A stretch of DNA of 64,000 nt from Lytechinus pictus (GCF_037042905.1 NC_087245.1:14572001-14636000), one strand, 5' to 3'; shown: positions 11,495 through 25,767, counted from the stretch's first letter. Numbers and translations are program-made. Notes: a model not told the origin generated them from the letters alone.

Positions 11495-11697
11495 CAGGGA
11501 CGGATCAGGGATTTTCGGAAAATGGGGGGGCACATTTTCCCGAGGAAAATTTTGACAAGGAAAAAAAAGGTTTTCACTTTCAAAAGAGGAGGCAAACTTA
11601 TCTTTTAACGGTATTTTTACATTACAAGTTTTATTTGTGCCTCTCAAAGGGGTGGGGGCACAGGCCGACTGTGCCCCCCCCCCCGGATCCGCCAGTG
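11495..11697. mobile_element. hAT-like MITE
   Basis: Ends CAGGGACGGATC...GATCCGCCAGTG; 8-bp TSD CTCTGAAG/CTCTGAAC. Homologous to 62537-62783. Confidence 0.85.
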
Positions 11698-12416
11698 CTC
11701 TGAACATGCTGAACGTGTAACTGCTGCAATATTGTACATGCTCAATGACAATAAAAAATGAACGTGATCATCGCTCAATTCTTGCTTGGTGCACTTGATT
11801 TCTTGCCCCCTCCCCCAAAAGGATTTTTTTGGGGGGCTGTTGTCATATAACTCTGACAGTCCCTGATGTAATGCTGAAGTTTTAATTAAAACAACAACAA
11901 AGGTAGATAATAATTTTATTCATTTTTATAAGGGTGTCGGCTGGATGCAATACAGCCCATACATTCATTAATGTATTATGTATACGTTTGTTTCTTATAT
12001 TTCTATGTGCTCTTTTTGTATGCCAAAGTTCTCTTTCGGTTTATTTGTTCGATGTAGCCTTCTGCAGTTAAATTCTTACTTCACTTTTATATAATTATCT
12101 TCTATCAACGCTCCGAACCTTTTCAAATTTCGGTTTTGCTGCAACCGTCATGAGTAGTTTTCCGTTTGATGATGTTAATGATCTAGATCTGAATATACTG
12201 CTTGCGAAGTCGTCACAGTGATGACAGGATTCCAATCTCTAACGAGCAGTATGAATATTCAATTTCAAACACTTTGAACAGATTGAATGTACATTTTGGT
12301 AGCAATGATAACTCCCTTTTAATTCTTTGTATTCCACTCAGCATGAGTTTTTTTTTCTGTTCCATTCAGCATGAGTTTGTAATCAGCTGGAAAGATCGAT
12401 CTAAATTTTTTGCATC

Positions 12417-12670
12417 TTAAAGGGATGGTCCGGGTTGAAAATATTTGTACCTAAATAAATACAGTAAAATTCACTGAGCAAAATGCTGAAAATCTCATCA
12501 AAATCGGACTACAAATAACGAAGTTATTTAATTTAGAGTTTATCAATATCTTGTAGAAACGGTATTATGCACCTCATCATGAACATTCATTAGGTGGGCT
12601 GATGTCATATCCCCAGTTTCCTTTTTCTTATGTTATTACATGACATCATAATTGATTCATTTTTCATACA
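12417..12670 (+). mobile_element. Fragment of a TTAAAGG-terminated non-autonomous DNA element family (Kolobok/Crypton-like)
   Basis: Starts TTAAAGGGATGGTCC. Shares a CATCAAAATCGGA...AAGTTAT core with ~34163-34470, ~40550-40680 and ~54110-54674. Confidence 0.55.
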
Positions 12671-13241
12671 TGACGGATTCCTTCTTTATCTGGGGAGAAA
12701 TGTGATTAATATTCAGATTTGTGCTGAAACGAGTGTTCTTGGTATAGAATTTTTTTTATATCGTTTCGGTTTGTAACCGCTACCACCATGAGAATATTGT
12801 CTTCCGTCTCCCTTTATTCTAAAAAATTAATCAAGAACAAAATGCATGAACATGTTATCTAATGGAGTATTGAAAAACGTTAATGAATAGTCGTTTATTT
12901 AAATGCACAATCAATGCTTGATAAAAAAAATTCAGTTCAGTCTTTGTCTTTACCAAGTATATCAAGCATTAGTTACATTACCTCTAAAAACTCAGGTCAA
13001 TTACACAGTGATTTTGACAATAATTGATGGCTTCTTGTGTGCACATGATTCTGCTGGCAGTTGAAAACTTTCTCGTTTTTTTTTTTTTTTTTTTTACTTG
13101 CGAAGGTGGCACTTTCATGATTTGATTGTTCAATACGAAGCGGTCGACTATATTGTTTTGAACGTTGATGGTGATCTTCAATTTCAATGCATGGGAGCTT
13201 TTTTTTCCCGATCCGACTTGGACATGTTGAAGGTATCCGAT

Positions 13242-13385
13242 CCAGGGGCCGCGGAACGGGTTTTGAAAGAAGGGGCTGAACCGAAAAGGGGGGCTGACCA
13301 TGCAAAAAATCATAATCAGATGGTAATTTTTACGTCCTCGTACACTATTTTGGAAAAAAAAGTGGGGGGGGGGGGCCTCACCGAA
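13242..13385 (+). mobile_element. hAT-like MITE fragment
   Basis: Starts CAGGGGCCGCGGAAC with GGGGGCTGA subterminal motifs. No clear right TIR or TSD. Confidence 0.4.
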
Positions 13386-14034
13386 ATCGTATGAAGTGTA
13401 AAAATTCTCAAAAGATTTCTACTTGAGTCAAGCGAGAGATTATAAGGGACCAACATATTATTAAAAATTCTGTACCACAATTCCCTTTGAAATTTCATGA
13501 GCTGAAAATGTCCTGGTTGCCTTCAGCCCTCGTGTGTATGCTCATTGTGCATAACATGACGGATCTATCATATTTTTACAAGAAAAAAAGTTTATCTCTG
13601 AAAGTAGAACAACTCTTGCCAATTATTGCTCAAGCCACTTTTGTTGAAAACTACTGTATATTGAAACGGGGTTTTGTGTTGAGGTCAGATCAAATCTCTT
13701 AAAGGGGCGAAACGATCGAATAGATGGGCTAAATTATTCGTTTCAGTAACATATATAAGACTCACCATTCGTCCATGTCTTCCGGGTTTTGGGTCAACTA
13801 CCAGTTGTTCTTTGGTTTAATCAACATGATGATAGACGCGATGCAAGGGTGACATCTGAGAATATTATATGGTAGAATATGGATCAATAAATGGGAGCGA
13901 TGTACGAAAAAGATGAAATATGAATATCATGTCGAATTGAATCTGCTGCAGACTGACATTTTATCAGGCGCTGATCAACGGACGCAGGGTACGTTCCCCT
14001 TTTTGGTGCCAAATTTGTAAACAATCCTTTTCCA

Positions 14035-14275
14035 TCTTTTCATTTCATTTATTTCCACAATAACATCAAAGTAAATACAGTTCGTACATCTAAACATCAT
14101 GATGGAAAAAATACAATTTACAATACATGGAAATAATTATATAACAGTACAATACATTCGTGTGAAAGCAGTAAAATATTGTTAATGGTCATGTAACTTA
14201 AAAACTGTCATGTGGAAGAAACCATGTGAAAGCAAAGCTTGTGAAACAGGTTCCATCATGAAAAGCGCTCCTGGT
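14035..14275 (-). mobile_element. Probable LINE 3' UTR remnant
   Basis: Minus strand has CACAAGCTTTGCTTT followed by a T-rich UTR ending GGAAATAAATGAAATGAAA. Confidence 0.4.
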
Positions 14276-15029
14276 AGCATAAGTGTTGCGATAGTATTCC
14301 TTTTAGAAGAAAGAGGGTGCAAAGAAGGTCCGTTTCAAAGATGAAAACCCCCTTTCCTTTCCCCATGTACATGATCTAGGAATCCTCAATGCACCCCTGG
14401 TTGCTTTCTTTAAAAAAATACACCGAGTACCAAATTTGGTAGTGCATTGCCTCATAATACTAGACTTGATTTTCCATTTAAGAAATGCATTAATAGCAAT
14501 CAAACTTGCAGAAGGATGAGAGTGTGAGAAAAACGGTCGGTGGAGGAGGAGAGGGGATATTAATATTTCGTACTTTTTTTTACATCCTTCACCACCTTCT
14601 CATTTCGAAACAGTGTTTGATTTAGGCGCGAAAAATCTAGATCGCTGGGACGAGCTGTCCCTCGTTGCAGACGATGAAGGAACGATTGTAGGTTTGCTCG
14701 ATAATGCAGAGATGGCGGGAGATGAAGGCGCGAAATAAATCGCGATTGGTGCAATCATATCGTCTGCATGGTCTATAGATTGATGAAGAGAGGAACGGGC
14801 TTGGTGGTGGTGGATTGTGGGTCAAGAGAGAGGATCCGTGAAATAGGTTTTGATTGTGCAGATACTGATGAAGAAAATAGATTGGACTGTGGAAGTAAAG
14901 TTTGAGCAATGTCCCAAGAGAAGCTTTGCATGATCTAAAGATTACTTTATTAGCAGATGCATTACACTCTATTACCAGCTTCTTCGTGGAAGTACGGCGA
15001 TGTCTATTGGTATAGATGAACTGGGTTCC

Positions 15030-15316
15030 CAGGGCCAGGGGAACGATTTTTTAGTGGGTGCTGATTTTAGTTTGAAAATGAAAGGGGAAAAAAGGGTTAA
15101 CACTACATAATGGACGTCATTTTGGTTCCAAGGAATTTGAAAAGCAAAAAAAAAAAAGGTTTCACTTAAAAAAGAAGGTCATTTGGGTTATATTTATCAA
15201 TTTTTTCACACCTTCCGAAATTCCAGGGGGTGCTGCCTATGAAAAATAAAAGCAGCCCCAAGGAAAATCTTGGGTGCGCTTCAGCACCCCCAGTAACATC
15301 GCTTCCAAGGGCCATG
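15030..15316. mobile_element. hAT-like MITE
   Basis: Ends CAGGGCC...GGCCATG with GGTGCTG/CAGCACC subterminal motifs; 8-bp TSD TGGGTTCC/TGGGTTCT. Confidence 0.8.
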
Positions 15317-15472
15317 TGGGTTCTCTTCCGATTTTATTGCCATCGGGGCTCTTTGCTATATAGGTCTATTAGTTGATATTTTTGTTTTAAATATTCATTC
15401 ACATTTTACCGAATATTCCCATGTACATTGACACTTGCATCAAAGTCTATTTTCTTTTAACCAAAGTGCCTA

Positions 15473-15476
<4 letters not shown>

Positions 15477-15505
<29 letters not shown>
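15477..15505 (+). repeat. (GAT)n microsatellite
   Basis: Direct observation. Confidence 0.9.
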
Positions 15506-15506
<1 letters not shown>

Positions 15507-18500
15507 GTTGTTGTTGATGATGGTGGTGGAGGTAATGAATTTCTCTGTACATTTATATTTCTATCGTGAATTTCATTTAGCACTATCTAGACCCCTCTTC
15601 ACACTGCTTAATCGCTCAATGAAGTCTTTACGCAAATAAATGTTTCTCGATTGAAAAATCAGCCTGTTATTATTAATTTTTGGCAAATGGCGGTTCATAA
15701 ATGTGTGTCATATATATAGAATAGGGGTATTTTATGCTATGTGGTGAATAACGAGGTGATGGCCTTTTCAATCCATTTGCAAGTGAAAAGAATAATAAAA
15801 AACCAAGCAAACAACCTATATCACCTACGGATATAGGAAAATATAAACACATTATCTCATTATATCCGTGACCTGGCATTATTATATCATACGGAAATAA
15901 TAGAGTGAGGTCAGGCCTTGGAGATGTAATCGTTTATCCCCGCATCGACTATGTCTGATGACATTTACAGGAGATATTATCCCAAGGCGATTAGAGACAT
16001 GTAATCATATTATCATCGACATCGCGTTCGTGGAAGCGTGAAACGGAGGGCTGTGAGCTGAAAAGAGAACGGGGAAGTTTGGATAAGTGGAAAAGATATA
16101 GAGAGCAGGAGGGGGAGAGAGGGGGTAAGTTTTAAAAAGGGTTAAATGTATGGGTAGAAAACAGACGGAGGTCAGGTAAGGATGTAGCGTCCTGACGATG
16201 AGTACATTGCGATGTTCACATCTAAGTAAGATTACGTTGTGTCAAACTCATTGGATATTGCAGTAGCCCCTCCTTCCCTATCTCCCTTACCAACTCTCCC
16301 CCTCTCCGTCTCCCCTCTCTCTCTCTCCCCCCCCCCCTCTCTCTCTCTGTCTTACACTCATTCTCTCCATACACAAATGCCCTTCTCTCACACCCTTGCA
16401 TCCCATGCACACATCCTCACATTCACTTTAATGACTAACTCCCCTTTCCTCTTCCATTTATTTCTCCCTTCCTTCATCCCCCTAACTTAGATCAAATACA
16501 TGTAATCAAGTGTTTATGTTATCGACATACCAAGAGACAATTAGGAGGTGCAGTCAAGACGAATTTTCCTCTGCAAACGCATTCTCACCATCTACTAACA
16601 GATTCTTTACGAGTATTTTTCAAGCATTATTTACTCAGTTTCCAATGTTTATAAATAAGGGTTTATTCTCGTTAACTTAGAGACACCTGCTGCAATATAC
16701 CCCATTTCCCCTAGGATAAAGCTTACCATCATGGTCTCTCGCATGAATGGAAAGGGGAAGTGTACAGAAAATTACTCCTCTTACCGAAAATCCTCACAAT
16801 GACGTCGACAAGAAATAATTGGATATACTATCCCCATAATGTCAATCGGCGAGGAGGTGCACCCCTCGGTATACAGTTCGTTGTATCAACCCTCCTCTCC
16901 AAAAATAATAATGATAACGATAATATGAATAAACTAAAATGAATGAATAAATTGATAAATGAATGAATGAATAAATGAATGAATAAATAAATAAATTAAT
17001 TAATTAATGAAATAAATGCAAAAATACAAATGAATAAATATATTCCAAATTAGAAATCTAATTAAAAAAATGGCAGGCAACGAACATAGGGGGTTCACTT
17101 TTATCAGTGCTTGATACTCTCACAATGTGAATTCATATACTCAAAATGGGTTAAACCCAACACCACCGGCCAGTAGGGGTATGACGTCCCGAAACCAAAA
17201 TCGTGCCGGCGATGAGTGTCGGCAAGAGAACGAGAAAAATTGTTATTTACACTGGTAAAACTCAACAATGTGAGTTTAAAATGCGTGATCCAATAAGATA
17301 TTGCCGTAAAGGGGCGTTTTTATGCACAGTAGTGTATTTCAATCAAGTAAGGAATTTTGCGAGTTTAATACGCCAATGAAATTAGCATTTTCAAAAACAG
17401 TTTCCAATAAAATATTTCGGAGAAGGGGTGCTCGTGTGTAAGGGAGTGTAGCGACCAAGCAAGAAAAAATATATATGTTTTAGCATTTTTAGCGGCAGCC
17501 ACTTATGAAATTATAAAGAAATAATAGTAAAGGATGTTAAAGATTTAGAAATAGATGGGAGGGAGTGCGAAAAACAAATAAAAAACGATAAATAAACTTT
17601 TCTTCAGTTGTCTTTAAATTACGTTTAGTTAGAAGAGATGACCGAAGACGGAGGACAACTTTCAATTATTGAAATGACAGTGAGTTTATTTTCTTTGTGC
17701 TCGTTTTTTCTCATTATTTCGAATAAAACATATCAAAATGATTAGGAGAACAGAGGGCAGACTGAGAGAGAAGGTAGATTGAAAGAGAGGGAAAGAGAGA
17801 GGATGATAAAGAGAGACAAATAAATTGAAAGAAATTGAAGGGAGATAATAAAGAATCAAATTACGACACAGTGTCTCATTCGACGAGTTAAATCAGATAT
17901 ATCTGTATGAACTCGGAAAGGTCACGCCGTGATGTCTATTTCCGTGTCTGATTTAGTTTCTTCTATTCCAATCGAGCTGATCTTTTTTTTGTCCAGTCTT
18001 CAATTTCATTTCCACATTCCTCATCCCCTTCCTTTGATATCCCAATATCATGATAACCATTCCACTTCGTCGTGTAAGAGCTATATATTTTTGATCTATT
18101 TTTTGTATATTTTCAATGATGTACACATAAACACAGTATAATATTTAGGCGTGATGAGCAGAGTGCTATGTCTATAGGAAAAATAAAGGATATGATATAT
18201 TATCTCTATTTATCTATTTGTTAATTGGCTAATTGATTTATATTGATGGGTTTGTCTAATAACTCAGGAGATATTTCCATCTGATATTTTTTTTTTCTAA
18301 TCCAAGTATGAAATACTATTAATATGCTATTATTACTTTCTGTTTTGTCATTTATTTACTATTCTATTCATATTTTATTTTGTGTAATATCATTAATAAT
18401 TCGACCACTGTTGAATAAGATTATTTTAGCGCCATCATCCGCTATGTATTCATTTTTTGTTGTTGCTTGTTTGTTTATGTTCATCTCCTCCATTTACGTC

Positions 18501-20728
18501 GAACTGTAGGCTAATAAAGCACATAATAAAGCCCACTCCCTACATACATGGTCCCAAGACACTGGCTACTTCTCTCTAAATGCAGAAAGACCGTTTCATG
18601 TAGGATAATGAGTTTGGATTTGATTTTCTTCTTTAATAATAAGATTACACCTATTACATCTGGTTCACAAATCATTTTGAGCTGCACACGAATCAATTTC
18701 CCCCTGAATTATCTTAAAGGCAACATTGGCCATCTGAAGGTTGCATGAGCCTAATTACAACAGGAAGGCATAAGATATTCATTCGACCCAAATTCAATTT
18801 TTTTTTTATATAGCTGATTGACAAAAGTGCATGATTATGATTGAAAATCTAACACTGATTCTTGGGATGGTAACTACTGACCTTCCTTCGCCCAAATTGG
18901 GAAGATATATAAGTGACTTGGAACTATTTTTGACTGGCGGAAGAACTAGGGCTATTATACTGCTTCAGTTGATGAATTTGATCCATTCATAGTTATCTTC
19001 ATAAATGGCGATTTATTTTTAAAATGCGCTGGCTACGGTACCCTTTCCTGGTCAGATATGGAATGTCAGATATATATCCTATCCACTGGTAGTAAACAAT
19101 CCACCCTCTAATTTCACATTTATTTTTTATGAATTTTTCAAAAGTGCCATTTTAACACACAGGTCTATTATATGGGGAATGTTTTACGCGCGTGACACCT
19201 AAAGTGTATTCGCGTAAGCATTCTTGAAAAAATGATATTAATGAAAACAATAATAGGTGGATTTATATAGCACTTTTTTTCAGAGGATACAAAGTGCAAC
19301 TCTTATTAATCAGACTTAAGATAAAGATGATAATACATCTTTTTATTTATAAAGTTTAATTTTGTTTTCTATCACTTTTAATATATCTGTTAACTTTAAA
19401 AAATTGAAACGTTGAAGATTTTTTGTGGTTCAGAATATGACTGAAGAGTACAAAGTAAATCGATTATTCAGACATAAAAGACATTTATGCCATAAAAGTA
19501 CTAATAAAAATAAAACTTTTTAGGCAAATGATTTAATGTCATGTACTATGGGGACATGAATGAATATGCAATAAATAAATTCTGATTTTTGAATTACAAT
19601 CATGGATGTGGGAATACCTACCGTTTTGGAAACTATATACCAAATGAAAAAGAATCTGGATAAAGAATTGAAAAAATACAAGTTCTTGGAATACTATTCA
19701 ATAGTATCACAGTACCGCAATTCAGACATTATGGACCGTGCACTTTTTAAAGTCAGTGATTAGAAGGAGGAGCTTTGAGATTTCAAACTATTCAAGCTGG
19801 TCAAGCGTTTGATTTTAACGACTTCAAGGAATATTTATCATTAGCTTCCTTTACAAACATGACAAAATAAAGATTAAAACTTCTTAAGGTATCCAGCAGA
19901 CAAACAGGATCTATCATTGATATTTATCAATGAACTGTGGCCGGAGTTTCGAAATTCATTTGGGATCTCTATACTTGGCAAATTGTAACTGCAGAGCGCG
20001 ATTGAAAATGTGAAGAAATGTAGAAAACGATGATAAAAACGAAAAATTAAAGGTAGCCTATTCTGATAATTATTTATAAGGTCAGAGATTTGAACATTGC
20101 TCTTTGAGTCAAATCCATCTGACAATCATACACATATTAATTTGTAAGTTTGCTACGTTTTAAATGTGATTATGTTTTTTTTTAAGAGTTTACTTTTTAT
20201 TAACGTTTAGCATTTTGCGACGTCTTTTAGAGAATTAGGGGACTTATGTAGACCGATTTTCAAAAATAATTCTATTAAATCTGTATATTTTTTACAGTAC
20301 AAACTGAAATAAAATATATTTATGTTAGTTTTCCATTTTTTCTCATTTGTGGAAAAATAGACTAGTAAGCATCTTGATGTTTTTTTTTCTTTATTATCAT
20401 TCATTCATTAACCAATTTTTGAAAATTGGTTGATGAATGAAAATAAAGAAAAAATATCGTTGCTTCATTTCGCCACTGCTCAACCAGAACAGACGTTTGG
20501 AGTTTTCAGTGGCAATGTTCAGTGTTTGTGATCTGATTTTAACTGCAAATTGGCTCCTGTAAATCCGTGTATCACATTGAGAAGATTGGTAGAGTTTCAT
20601 CATGGCAAATCAACATGTGTCGTGACATAATACATTCTCATAAAAATGCATTCAATAGCAATTACATTAGAACTATTTAATTCTTTCTTTTTTTTGTATA
20701 TGAGTAAATTAAAAAGTAATTACCCAAA

Positions 20729-21952
20729 TAGTAGACTTGTTAAGAGGTTGAACGCTGCATTTTTGAGTACAAATGTCCCACTTGGCACAAATGTTCCTTG
20801 AGTCAAAAGAAAAATTTTCATCCAAAGAGACACGCTGTATCTATGCAAATAAGCAAGTAATTTGCATAAATTTGCATATTATGTCGATATAGTAAAAACA
20901 AGTATTTCAGAATATATATTTAACCAGAACTGCCCTAAAATTGGACATAAAGACTTAGGGTAAGAAAGGGGAGAAAATTGTCGTAAAATAATTGGGATAT
21001 CCTTGTTTATTATTACCTAATTTACATAAATTATGCAAATTATAATTTAAAACGAGTATTTTTTCATGAATCCTGAACTGTTTTATAAAAAACAGCAACT
21101 AATACACAATGTCAACATTCTACATGAAAGAGAATATATTAGCGAAAACATCGATATGCTTCATGACAGTATTAGTGTCTTAATTTGCTTAGAAAGAGGG
21201 CAAATATGTCAAAATGTATGACGTGATATTGCGCTAAAACGAGACCAAAACAATCTCTATGTCACAGTCACACTCACGAATCGGACAATAAAGCGATCAA
21301 TGGTATGTCATTCGAGATAACACAATCTCAACACAATAGCTTCCATCGGCTTCTGGTATCGCTTTTGTTGGTGTGTCTGCCACACCATAATCTATGATAC
21401 ATACGGACAAAATGCTTTTCGGTATCGGTAAAACACTATTAATTTTGTTTTATTTGTTTCTAATTTGTTTCTCTTGGAAAATTTACAGGAGACATTGCTT
21501 TGCAGGTTACTGCTTTAATGAAACTCTGGCACATGAATCATGACGAATGTATCCTACCACAATCCATATTTTAACTTTATTAAAATATATATCTTTTTGG
21601 AGACCCCGAGGTGGCAAAACTGCATCCCCCTGCATTCCCGCCACTTTACATAACCAGTTTGACTTGTATAATCGACTTGGAAAAGACAGATGTATGAGAC
21701 ATCAGTCAACATGTTTCCTGAAGAAAGTTTTTTTTTTGTTTATTTAAGCCTACGCCCACGGGAGCCCTCCGAATTTACCCCATCCCCTCTCCGTATTTCG
21801 ACTTTAAATAAAAAAAACCATCGGCAAGGCAAATTGCGTTTTTTGGTATAATAAAGCATCTTTTATATCTATATTTTTATATTTACATTCATCATTATTG
21901 ATATTATTATAATTATTATTAATATTATTATTATTATTATTATTATTATTAC

Positions 21953-21983
<31 letters not shown>

Positions 21984-23347
21984 GTTCTGCCATTTGTAAT
22001 AGTGCTCTAGCACAGTAAAGGCTATAACCCAACAGGAGCATGCCTAGGATACCCTCTCCCTTTTTGGTTTTATGTATTCAAAAATAGTTTATTGTCTTTA
22101 GAACTTTTAAAAGATTACTTTTGTTTGTATTGATATCTTGGAATAGATTGAGGAGAAAATACTCTACAACTGACATGTAGAGGAGCTGTGGTACATTAAA
22201 GAACAGCCACACAGCCCTTTATTGATTCCACTCTATGTTAAATTTAAATATTTTTAGAGCCCAATCGGAAGAAAGATGCATTTCTACTACACAAAGTAAA
22301 GCCTCTTTGCATTCTCCTCTTGAAAAAAAAAAAAAAACATAGAAGGCATTGTTTTATATCTCATAAAATAAGTTCGTGTACGTGACGGTGGCCTGTCGAA
22401 GTTGCCCAACCGTTTATTTTGTTTCGACAATATATATTTAGAATATCGTCTAAATGAAACCCTCATCTGGAAAAGGACACTTATTAACGGCAGCATCTAC
22501 ATTATATAGAGGAGGCCCTGGCACTGGGAAGAGGGGGCTGAAGCTTGTTAAATTTCTTCGGACCAAGATTTTACATTGAAACTTTTTTGCTTTTCAAATT
22601 TACATCAAGAAATTTAACAAGCAAATAAACAAAATTGATTGCACTACAAAATGAAGGGGTTTTTAACGTTTCTTTTTTTTTCGTTTTGTCACATCTGCCG
22701 GAATTCCAGGGGGTGCTGTCTATGGAGAATAACACACGCAGCACAGCCCCCCCCCCCCCTTTAGAAAAATCTTGTGGGTGCTTCAGCCTCCGCTTCCAAG
22801 TACCAGGGCCTCCTCTATATAATGTAGATGCTGCCTTTAATAAGTGCCCTTTTCCAGATGAGGGCTTCATTTAGACGATATTCTAAATATATATTGTCAA
22901 AACAAAATAAAGGGTTGGGCAACTTCGACAGGCCACCGTCATGTACACGAACTTATTTTATGCGATATAAAACAATGCCTTCTATGTTTTTTTTTTCAAG
23001 AGGAGAAAGAAAAGAGGCTTTACTGTGTGTAGTAGAAATGTATCTTTCTTCCGAATGGACTCTAAAAATATTTAAATTTAATATAGAGTGGAATCAATAA
23101 AAGGGTATTTTATAGCTTACGTGTGGCTTTTCTTCAATGTACCACAGCTCTTTTACATGTCAATTGTAGAGTATTTTCACCTCAATCTATTCCAAGATAT
23201 GAGTTCTAAAGACAATAAACTATTTTTGAATACATAAAACCAAAAGGGGAAAGGGTATCCTAGGCATGCTCCTGTTGGGTTATAGCCTTTACTGTGCTAG
23301 AGCATTATTACAAACTGCAAAACAACAACAATAATAATAATAATAAC

Positions 23348-23378
<31 letters not shown>

Positions 23379-24567
23379 TTAATGATAATAATAATGTTAA
23401 TATAGATAAATATGAAATATAGATATAAAAGTTGCTTTATTATACCAAAAACGCAATTTGCCTTGCCGGTGGCTTTAAAACACGATGTTTTTTTTTATTT
23501 AGAGTCGAAATACAGAGAGGGGATGGGGTAAATTCGGAGGGCTCCCATGGACGTAGGCTTAAATAAATAAACAAAACTATCTTCTGGAAACATGTTAACT
23601 GATGTCTCATACATCTGTCTTTTCCAAGTCGATAATACAAGTCAAACTGGTTTTGTAAAGTAGCGGAAATGCCACTTCGGGGTCTCCAAAAGATATATAT
23701 TTTAACAAAGTTAAAATATGGATTGAGGTGGGGTACATTTGTCATGATTCATGTGCCAGAGCTTCATTAAAGCAGTAACCTGCAAAGCAATGTCTCCTGT
23801 AAATTTTCCAAGAGAAACAAATTAGAAACAAATAAAACAAAATTAATAGTGTTTTACCGATACCGAAATGCATTTTGCCCGTATATACCATAGATTACGG
23901 TGTGGCAGACACACCAACAAAAGCGATACCAGAAGCCGATGGAAGCTATTGTGTTGAGATTGTGTTATCTCGAATGACATACCATTGATCGCTTTATTGT
24001 CCGATTCGTGAGTGTGACTGTGACATAGAGGTTGTTTTGGTCTCGTTTTAGCGCAATATCACGTAATACATTTTGACATATTTGCCCTCTTTCTAAGCAA
24101 ATTAAGACACTAATACTGTCATGAAGCATATCGATGTTTTCGCTAATATATTCTCTTTCATGTAGAATATTGACATTGTGTATTAATTGCTGTTATTTAT
24201 AAAACAGTTCAGGATTCATGAAAAAATACTTTGTTTTAAATTATAATTTGCATAATTTATGTAAATTAGGTAATAATAAACAAGGATATCCCAATTATTT
24301 TATGACAATTTTCTTCCCTTTCTTACCCTAAGTCTTTATGTCCAATTTTAGGGCAGTTCTGGTTAAAAATATATTCTGAAATACTTGTTTTTACTATATC
24401 GACATAATATGCAAATTTATGCAAATTACTTGCTTATTTGCATAGATACAGCGTGTCTCTTTGGATGAATCCTTTTCTTTTGACTCAAGGAACATTTGTG
24501 CCAAGTGGGACATTTGTACTAAAAAATGCAGCGTTCACCCCTTTTTTTGCAGTTAACAAGTCTACTA
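20729..24567. mobile_element. Non-autonomous Academ-like foldback transposon (~3.8 kb, ~1.8-kb inverted arms)
   Basis: 20729-22544 is the reverse complement of 22780-24567. Termini TAGTAGACTTGTTAA...TTAACAAGTCTACTA; AAA flanks both ends (20726-20728, 24568-24570). No transposase ORF. Confidence 0.8.
21893..21985 (+). repeat. (TTA)n microsatellite in the left arm, mirrored by (AAT)n at ~23321-23400
   Basis: Direct observation. Length and interruptions differ between the arms. Confidence 0.9.
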
Positions 24568-25767
24568 AAATGCATATACTATTCCTTGCCTGAATCTTTG
24601 CAGTTATCACAATGACCTCTGGCGATCCATCGATTACCAAGCTACATCATTGATTGGTTTATGCAGAGAAGTAAATCCATGAAAGCTTCTAGTTTGCAAA
24701 CAAATTATCAGTAATTCCCCGATGACTTTTTAATCCATACTCCTGTAACAATCACCACCGAGTGAGCGACTTTCTTCACAATAATCATGATTAGAAAGGG
24801 ATTAAAATAACTCTACTTCGGCTTTGAAAAGGTGGGGTAGGGGCTTATATTGAACAAAAGGACTACAAATCTGAAAAGCTTCTTCGATCTGCTTTGCCCA
24901 GTCGTCTTTTGGACAAAGGATTAGTCATGAAGATACGATTACTTTATGTTGTAATGAATTGTTTTATTGTTTCGACTTGAAAAGGTATTCTTCAAATTAT
25001 GAAAGCATTCAAGTGAAAGTGAACGGAAGGTTGAGGGGAAGGCTGTAGATTACGAAGCAGAAAGAGAAAGAAAGAGAGATAGAGATAGACCTATATAAAT
25101 ACATTGTAAAGCTGGAGTTCCATAAAACTCTCTAAAAAGCAGCACCCCCCCAAAAAAAAAAGTGGAGAAGGGAGAAAAGAAAATGAAAGGTGAACCAGAG
25201 ATCCTAAAACAAACATTTTCTCTGAATCAAATTCAAAATTATTCAATCGACGTCAATAAATCAATGTCAATGCAGTTATATACGTATATATTTATTTTGA
25301 AATTAAAAACAATCCCTGAACTAAATGGAATCGGCCAATCAAAACTGATTGTATTTTTCACCGTTTTCATGAATTTAAAGGCTGAAACGTTTAGGACCAT
25401 GCAATGCGAAAAAATATTGACAGAATACTCTTACGTATGCCTTTATGCAGTGAAATTAATCCAAACTATCATGTACCGAGATGACATTGAGCATAAAGAT
25501 ATGCATTTCAATATTTTATTTCAAATCAACCACCAACATGACCAAGATGGGATATCTTGAGGGGACATACATGGTGGGGGAGTGGTTTCACATTGCAGAT
25601 GTTATTTTTCTCTTATTCAAACAATATCATCAGTACTACAATGAAATCTTTTACAAATCTTTCTACTTCCTAAAGTAAAGCGTGTATCAAAATAATATGT
25701 GAATGAATTTCATCGGGACTTATCATCGTGTCCCACGATCATCGACGTTGCATCGAGTGGGGACATA

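Noticed and set aside
14303..14909. Cluster of minus-strand ORFs in a GC-richer stretch
   Set aside because: The frames I translated are interrupted, with no recognisable domain or consistent splice sites.
22287..23100. Pair of similar small ORFs (MLPLIS...) on opposite strands
   Set aside because: A by-product of the inverted arms; lengths differ through frameshifts and there is no protein signature.
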